Part shown: positions 59,598-64,000 of the stretch, in pieces
How positions within the stretch are numbered: position 1 is the stretch's first letter
Layout of the letters: the number at the start of each line of letters is the position of its first letter
Assembly: GCA_964525555.1 (NCBI GenBank)
Contig: CAZGHN010000007.1
Span: 63,851 to 127,850, forward strand
Length of the DNA: 64,000 nucleotides
Direction: 5' to 3'
Origin: an uncultured bacterium
GTDB taxonomy: Bacteria > Hydrothermota > UBA3072
Notes under the pieces: model-generated
Databases searched by the model: none
Seen by the model: the letters and a program-made list of their open reading frames with translations, nothing else
Told to the model about the DNA's origin: nothing
Translations under genes and position numbers: made by a program

Positions 59598-61244
59598 TTC
59601 TTTACGATTTTTCGAACACCAATTACCACCTGCGCTCCACCGCACACCCAACCCAAGCTCGTCCGCCTCGCACGAGGGCGCTCGGCGAACTCGCAAAGAG
59701 GGCGATCGCCCTTCCGCAGAATCTTCGCCAACTGCGTCGGCTCGCTCTGCGGAATAGGCTCGGTGATTTCCCAGACCTTGAATGTATCCTTTCGGAAGAT
59801 AAAACAAATCTAAAGAGATTTCGGAAGAACCGTAGGATACGGACTTGATAAGACTTTGAAAAAGCTGGGGTCGGTCTTCGGGGGAAAATTCGCCAATCTT
59901 CTTTGAAAAAACTTTTAAGTTTTCTAAAACAATTTTTGTTTCAAACTTTTCTTTTTCTTCTTTTTGAATTGAAAGTCTAATCCCCTCTAAATCAAATTCC
60001 AAAACCTTTTTCTTGTTTTCGAGATTTTCGATTTCCTTCCTAACGGAAGGAAATCTCTCAATCCCCACTTCTGAGAGAATATCGATGAGATTTTGAAGCT
60101 TGTTCCCCACCACCCTTAATTCATCGATTTTCTCTTTTTCCTGTTTTTTGAGGGGATTTATTTTTAGTTCGTCGTTTTTGTTTTCTCTTTCAACTATCTT
60201 GTTTATCGTTTTTTCGTCCCTGCTTATTTCCTTTAATCTGTTTATCACAAAATCTTCGATTTTGTCGGCGTTCACCGATTTTATCTTACAGCTATCCCAC
60301 TCATGCTTATAAGTTTTAGTACAGCGGTAATATTTTGTATATCTGGGAGTAACGCCGTCTTTATGTCTATTTTTTGTATAGGTCGGCGTCATAGTCGACC
60401 CGCATCCGCTGCACTTAAGAAGACCCTGCAAAAAATAAACATGATCTATTTTCGTTTTTCTCTTGTATCTTTTCTTGTGGAAACTTTGAGCTTTTAAAAA
60501 CATCGATTCTGTTATTATCGGTTTGTGAACTCCGTCATAAAGGTTTTCCTTATACGGAAGCTTACCGTAATAAACCGGATTTCTTAAAATATTATCTACT
60601 GTCGTTTTACTGAATTTCTTACCTCTCCTTGTTTTATATTTTTTGTTTATTCTTCTCCTTGTTTCCGCAAGAGATTTAGTCTCAATAAATATTTTAAACA
60701 TTTCTTTTACAAATTCTGATTCTTCGGGATTTACAACGAGTTTTTTATTTTCGTTTTTATAACCGTAAGGTACGGTTCCTCCGTTCCACATTCCTTTATT
60801 CGCTCTTTGATACATTTTATCTTTTGTTCGTTCCGTTGCGAGTTCTCTTTCAAACTGTGCAAAAGTAAGCATAATATTTCTTAAGAGTCTTCCCGAAGGG
60901 GTTGCAGTATCAAAGTGTTCTGTTATGGAAATAAAAGAAACTCCGTTATTGTCGAAAAGTTCAATCAAAGCGTAAAAATCTTTCGGCGACCTTGTCAGTC
61001 TATCGATTTTATAACAGAGAACGCAATCTATTTTCCCGTCAACAATATCTTTAAGCATTCTGCCGAGAGCGGGTCTTTCGATATTAGCCCCGGAATATCC
61101 GGGGTCACTATAGACTTTAAAAAGTTCAAGCTCGTCCTGACTTTTGATGTAAGATTTTATTCGTTCTTCTTGAGCCTCACAGGAATTGTATTCCTTTTCT
61201 GCTTGACTGTCTGTTGATACTCTGGTATATATCGCGCATTTCAT
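59535..61244 (-). CDS. Large serine recombinase (resolvase/invertase catalytic domain + recombinase domain + zinc ribbon + coiled coil); 3' end uncertain
   Basis: N-terminus MKCAIYTRVSTDSQ...DRLTRS (catalytic Ser), then CSGCGSTMTP zinc ribbon and coiled coil. The last ~78 codons of the ORF cross the GC-rich segment and run antisense through tRNA-Gln, giving an implausible Ala/Gly/Arg-rich tail, so the true C-terminus is probably near 59770. Confidence 0.75.
   Translation of the reverse strand: MKCAIYTRVSTDSQAEKEYNSCEAQEERIKSYIKSQDELELFKVYSDPGYSGANIERPALGRMLKDIVDGKIDCVLCYKIDRLTRSPKDFYALIELFDNNGVSFISITEHFDTATPSGRLLRNIMLTFAQFERELATERTKDKMYQRANKGMWNGGTVPYGYKNENKKLVVNPEESEFVKEMFKIFIETKSLAETRRRINKKYKTRRGKKFSKTTVDNILRNPVYYGKLPYKENLYDGVHKPIITESMFLKAQSFHKKRYKRKTKIDHVYFLQGLLKCSGCGSTMTPTYTKNRHKDGVTPRYTKYYRCTKTYKHEWDSCKIKSVNADKIEDFVINRLKEISRDEKTINKIVERENKNDELKINPLKKQEKEKIDELRVVGNKLQNLIDILSEVGIERFPSVRKEIENLENKKKVLEFDLEGIRLSIQKEEKEKFETKIVLENLKVFSKKIGEFSPEDRPQLFQSLIKSVSYGSSEISLDLFYLPKGYIQGLGNHRAYSAERADAVGEDSAEGRSPSLRVRRAPSCEADELGLGVRWSAGGNWCSKNRKEWLGCRDSNPDNRIQSPGPCH
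59625..59780. other. Compositionally anomalous GC-rich segment (~60% G+C, against roughly one-third elsewhere in the window) containing a perfect 14-bp palindrome AGGGCGATCGCCCT
   Basis: Read directly: CACCTGCGCTCCACCGCACACCCAACCCAAGCTCGTCCGCCTCGCACGAGGGCGCTCGGCG...; palindrome at 59699-59712; stop-free in several frames, so every ORF caller runs through it. Confidence 0.8.
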
Positions 61245-61309
61245 GATATTATTTACTAAATTCTAATATTTTTACTCATGGGTTCATGATAGTCTGTTTT
61301 AATAAATTT

Positions 61310-63652
61310 TCAATACTCTTTTATATCCTTTTTGTTCATAGCTTCATAAGCACTACCTAGATTTTCTATTACTTTTCTTTCAACATTAGAATTATACTCC
61401 CAAGGGTAATTTAAACTTATCAATTTACATATTTCGTACTTCTTTTCACCAATATCACCTATACCAAACCATCTACTCGCTCTTACTTGATATTTTTTTA
61501 AAGAGCAATATTTTTTAAGTTTCTCGCTAACTTCATCTTTATTAAAACCAAACATATAAGTAATACCCCAACCTCCTTCATCTTTCCCAGCCATTGAAAA
61601 ATCATGGAGTCTATTATCTTTTTTCGATTTATCCTTCGTTATACCAATCATTTCTATCATCTTTTCCCTACTTTCTCTATCCATATCAAGCAACATCATA
61701 CAAACATCAACCTTTCCTTTCATATTAACACTTTCTATTTCATTCAGCAAATTTTCAAAATCAGGAGACATATATTGCTTAGGTTTTGACGCCGGAGTCT
61801 CCCGTTGACCAGTCTTATAAAAATAATAGTCATCAATATCTGTTGTATAGGAAAGCAGATTTATGAAACTATGAGGGCTTATATCTTCTTCGCTTTCAAA
61901 ATACAGTCCCTCTTTAAGATAATAACCTAAAATATCCAGTTCATCATGAGATTTTAATATACCTTGCTTTGAAATACGTATTCTACGTTTTACATAATGA
62001 GATAGCATAGGAGGATAATCGATTAAATCAGTTATAACCATTAGGTCGTATAAATTTACCATCCAAGGCATATCTCCTTCTTTAAATAAGTCAAGATTTG
62101 ATTTAGCATGAATAAAAGAGGTTAAATGCCCTAAAGGTTCAAGAGTAAGAGAGATTAAGAACACGTATTTAATATTATTCTTTTGAAGTTCGAATGTAGA
62201 TCCATCTTTTTTTCGTTTGAAAAGGGGATTCTTTTGTGAATCAATATAATCTCTCGCCCGAACAGCTTGCGTATGAGCTTCTCCTAATAATTTTTCTAGA
62301 TGATATTGAAGTCTCTCTGGAGCTCCACGTCGAGCAGGTTGTGTAATATGTCCCCCTTTTGCTTCCACAAGCAATAATATACAATCATAAAGACCTAATC
62401 CATCTAATTCACACACATCTGGTTTATCCTCAGTCCCCATATTATATTCAAGATTAACCTCAAAAGTAATCTCTGGTATACATTGTGTCATTATTCCTAT
62501 AGCTTTGTTTAGTAGAAAATCATGCCGATGATCTATATATCGATTCCAAGTTTTGTTTGATAAATTTTTTATTAATTTTTCTAAAGAAGGCTTGATAGCC
62601 CAATCCAACAATAAGGGAGAAGGGCACAAGTATTGCCCTTCATTAACTATTAAAGGTTTTTCTTTTAAAGGATGCGTTTCAGCCGGTATGTAGAAATCTT
62701 TATCAATATCCCCAAATCTTAGTGAGAAATTCTCGAGAAAACTTTTTGTTTTATTTTGTGACAAACCAGAATATAAAGAGAGCTCTTGAACAGAGAAAGA
62801 TAATGTGTCCCCTAGACCAACAAAAACCCAAGCTCCCATACAATTTTCAATTTCCTTACTATATTCAGCCTCCGGAAGTTGAGAAAATTTTTCTATTAAA
62901 TCTGCTTTCATTTCATCATCTTGTGGTAAAATCCCAGTTTTTTTATAACTTTTAACTGCGTTTTTTAAAGTTTCAGTGTTTGTTTTTCCCTGCTCAATTC
63001 GACTGTTAAGTTTCCCCATAATTAAGCCAACTATATCCTCAGATAATTTTATTGCATCATTCCCGTCAAATCCAATATTTTTTACTAATTCGCTATTAAA
63101 AGGTTCAAAAAGATTTTCTAAAACTTCATAAAGATGAATCTTGTAAGCTGGGTTCCTTATAACCAATTCATTCAAACGTATCAAAAATTGTAGCTCTTCA
63201 AGGAGTGTTGGCGGACCTTCCCTATCAGGATCAGCGCCCTTCGAACTTATTAATGATGAAGCATCCCGAAAGATACTTTTAACACAATCCTGAATTTTCT
63301 CTATGTCATTACTTTCTATAAAAATTTTAGACCCTTGAGAAAAATCACTCTTTAAACATAGTAAGGTCAAATATTCGGGAAAAGCAACACAGCCTTCTTG
63401 AGAATATTCTTTATATGTTTCTGGGTCACTGAAAAGATTAATTCGACTAATATGAGATATAATGTCAAATGAATTGAACTTTGAAAGTTCTTTTTCTAAT
63501 TTTTTAGCTTTTTCCTTTATACTACCAGGTAAAGTTTTAGATAAATCACAAAGGTTCTTCATTACTTGTTTCTGCTCTTCTGGAGTTCGGTTTGTTTGAA
63601 CGACTATAAATCTTCCATGTTTCTCAATCCTAAAACCTGGACCTTCAATCAA
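61310..63652 (-). CDS. Large hypothetical protein (780 aa) with central PD-(D/E)xK-like nuclease motif
   Basis: ...PEITFEVN...DVCELDGLGLYDCILLLVEAKGG... (E ... D ... E-x-K arrangement); no other recognisable family motifs; immediately downstream of the recombinase on the same strand. Confidence 0.5.
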   Translation of the reverse strand: MIEGPGFRIEKHGRFIVVQTNRTPEEQKQVMKNLCDLSKTLPGSIKEKAKKLEKELSKFNSFDIISHISRINLFSDPETYKEYSQEGCVAFPEYLTLLCLKSDFSQGSKIFIESNDIEKIQDCVKSIFRDASSLISSKGADPDREGPPTLLEELQFLIRLNELVIRNPAYKIHLYEVLENLFEPFNSELVKNIGFDGNDAIKLSEDIVGLIMGKLNSRIEQGKTNTETLKNAVKSYKKTGILPQDDEMKADLIEKFSQLPEAEYSKEIENCMGAWVFVGLGDTLSFSVQELSLYSGLSQNKTKSFLENFSLRFGDIDKDFYIPAETHPLKEKPLIVNEGQYLCPSPLLLDWAIKPSLEKLIKNLSNKTWNRYIDHRHDFLLNKAIGIMTQCIPEITFEVNLEYNMGTEDKPDVCELDGLGLYDCILLLVEAKGGHITQPARRGAPERLQYHLEKLLGEAHTQAVRARDYIDSQKNPLFKRKKDGSTFELQKNNIKYVFLISLTLEPLGHLTSFIHAKSNLDLFKEGDMPWMVNLYDLMVITDLIDYPPMLSHYVKRRIRISKQGILKSHDELDILGYYLKEGLYFESEEDISPHSFINLLSYTTDIDDYYFYKTGQRETPASKPKQYMSPDFENLLNEIESVNMKGKVDVCMMLLDMDRESREKMIEMIGITKDKSKKDNRLHDFSMAGKDEGGWGITYMFGFNKDEVSEKLKKYCSLKKYQVRASRWFGIGDIGEKKYEICKLISLNYPWEYNSNVERKVIENLGSAYEAMNKKDIKEY

Positions 63653-63760
63653 ATTTATATCTTCATAATTAGATTGTTCCTCTTTTATAATAACTCCTAA
63701 TAAAAAAACATAATATCAAATTTTCGAATTACAAGTGCCGTTTTCAAAAAAGTTTTGGGA

Positions 63761-63783
63761 CTTGACATGGAGATTAATAATCT
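63761..63783 (+). promoter_or_regulatory. TTGACA -35 box overlapped by a 7-1-7 inverted repeat GAGATTA-a-TAATCTC (operator-like)
   Basis: TTGACA 63761-63766; palindrome 63769-63783; a second TTGACA at 63809-63814; located between the divergent 780-aa gene and the rightward partial ORF. Confidence 0.3.
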
Positions 63784-63892
63784 CTCTCTTTTAAAAAAGA
63801 ATACTATACTTGACAAATAATAACATCCACTTAAAGATATAAAATGAAGATAAAAACACCTATTGTTTTCCAAAAAGTAAAAAACCTCTGAT

Positions 63893-64000
63893 TATGGCGC
63901 AAGATAATTTTTTTCAAAACTTAAAAAAATATCAGCTTACAGATTTATTACTACAAATAGGAAATTTGTCTAGAAAACTTTTTAACGCTAATAAAAGTGT
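63893..64000 (+). CDS. 5' fragment of a hypothetical CDS (MAQDNFFQNLKKYQLTDLLLQIGNLSRKLFNANKS...) continuing beyond the window
   Basis: Open frame from the ATG at 63893 to the window end; not in the ORF track (too short within the window). Confidence 0.25.

Larger units (their letters stand above)
59598..63760. mobile_element. Putative integrated element adjacent to the 3' end of tRNA-Gln (serine recombinase + 780-aa cargo gene); right boundary not identified within the window
   Basis: tRNA-adjacent recombinase, composition anomaly at the junction, orphan large cargo ORF; no second copy of the tRNA 3' end found before 64000. Confidence 0.35.

Noticed and set aside
59435-59848. Three overlapping ORFs in different frames (59435-59848 +, 59474-59731 -, 59538-59813 +)
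   Set aside because: All lie in the GC-rich segment and tRNAs, where stop codons are rare; Ala/Arg/Gly/Pro-rich translations atypical of this AT-rich proteome.

Overview
This is an AT-rich stretch of bacterial chromosome, roughly one-third G+C by eye, with dense coding and most genes on the minus strand. The 0-21 kb region is housekeeping, reading left to right: the 5' part of rho, holA-like, a sensor kinase / NtrC-type regulator pair, ahcY-metK, a GDP-sugar gene pair (nucleotidyltransferase plus SIS isomerase), ptsI-ptsH, accD, gcvT-gcvH-gcvPA and pfkA. A ~23 kb polysaccharide-assembly locus follows at 21.5-44.2 kb. It is ABC-transporter dependent (Wzm/Wzt) and holds GT1 and GT2 glycosyltransferases, a DegT aminotransferase and two epimerases. 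It also carries an unusual load of methyl-transfer enzymes: seven SAM methyltransferases plus a B12-binding radical-SAM protein. Next come a DinG-like helicase, rluB-like, scpB, murJ, pcm-surE, an ArnC-like GT2, an LpxL-like acyltransferase, two GT-C membrane glycosyltransferases, GTP-PEPCK and a YVTN beta-propeller protein. The right end (59.4-64 kb) looks like an integrated element beside a tRNA-Glu/tRNA-Gln pair. It comprises a large serine recombinase whose ORF runs antisense through a 156-bp GC-rich segment and the tRNA-Gln, a 780-aa orphan protein with a PD-(D/E)xK-like nuclease motif, and an operator-like palindrome. Seven tRNAs are present: Phe, Leu, Pro x2, Glu, Gln. A ~130-bp intergenic repeat occurs twice with a shorter third relative, and there are low-complexity word repeats. 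No CRISPR array or rRNA was seen. All calls rest on reading the six-frame translations for family motifs; no database search was possible.
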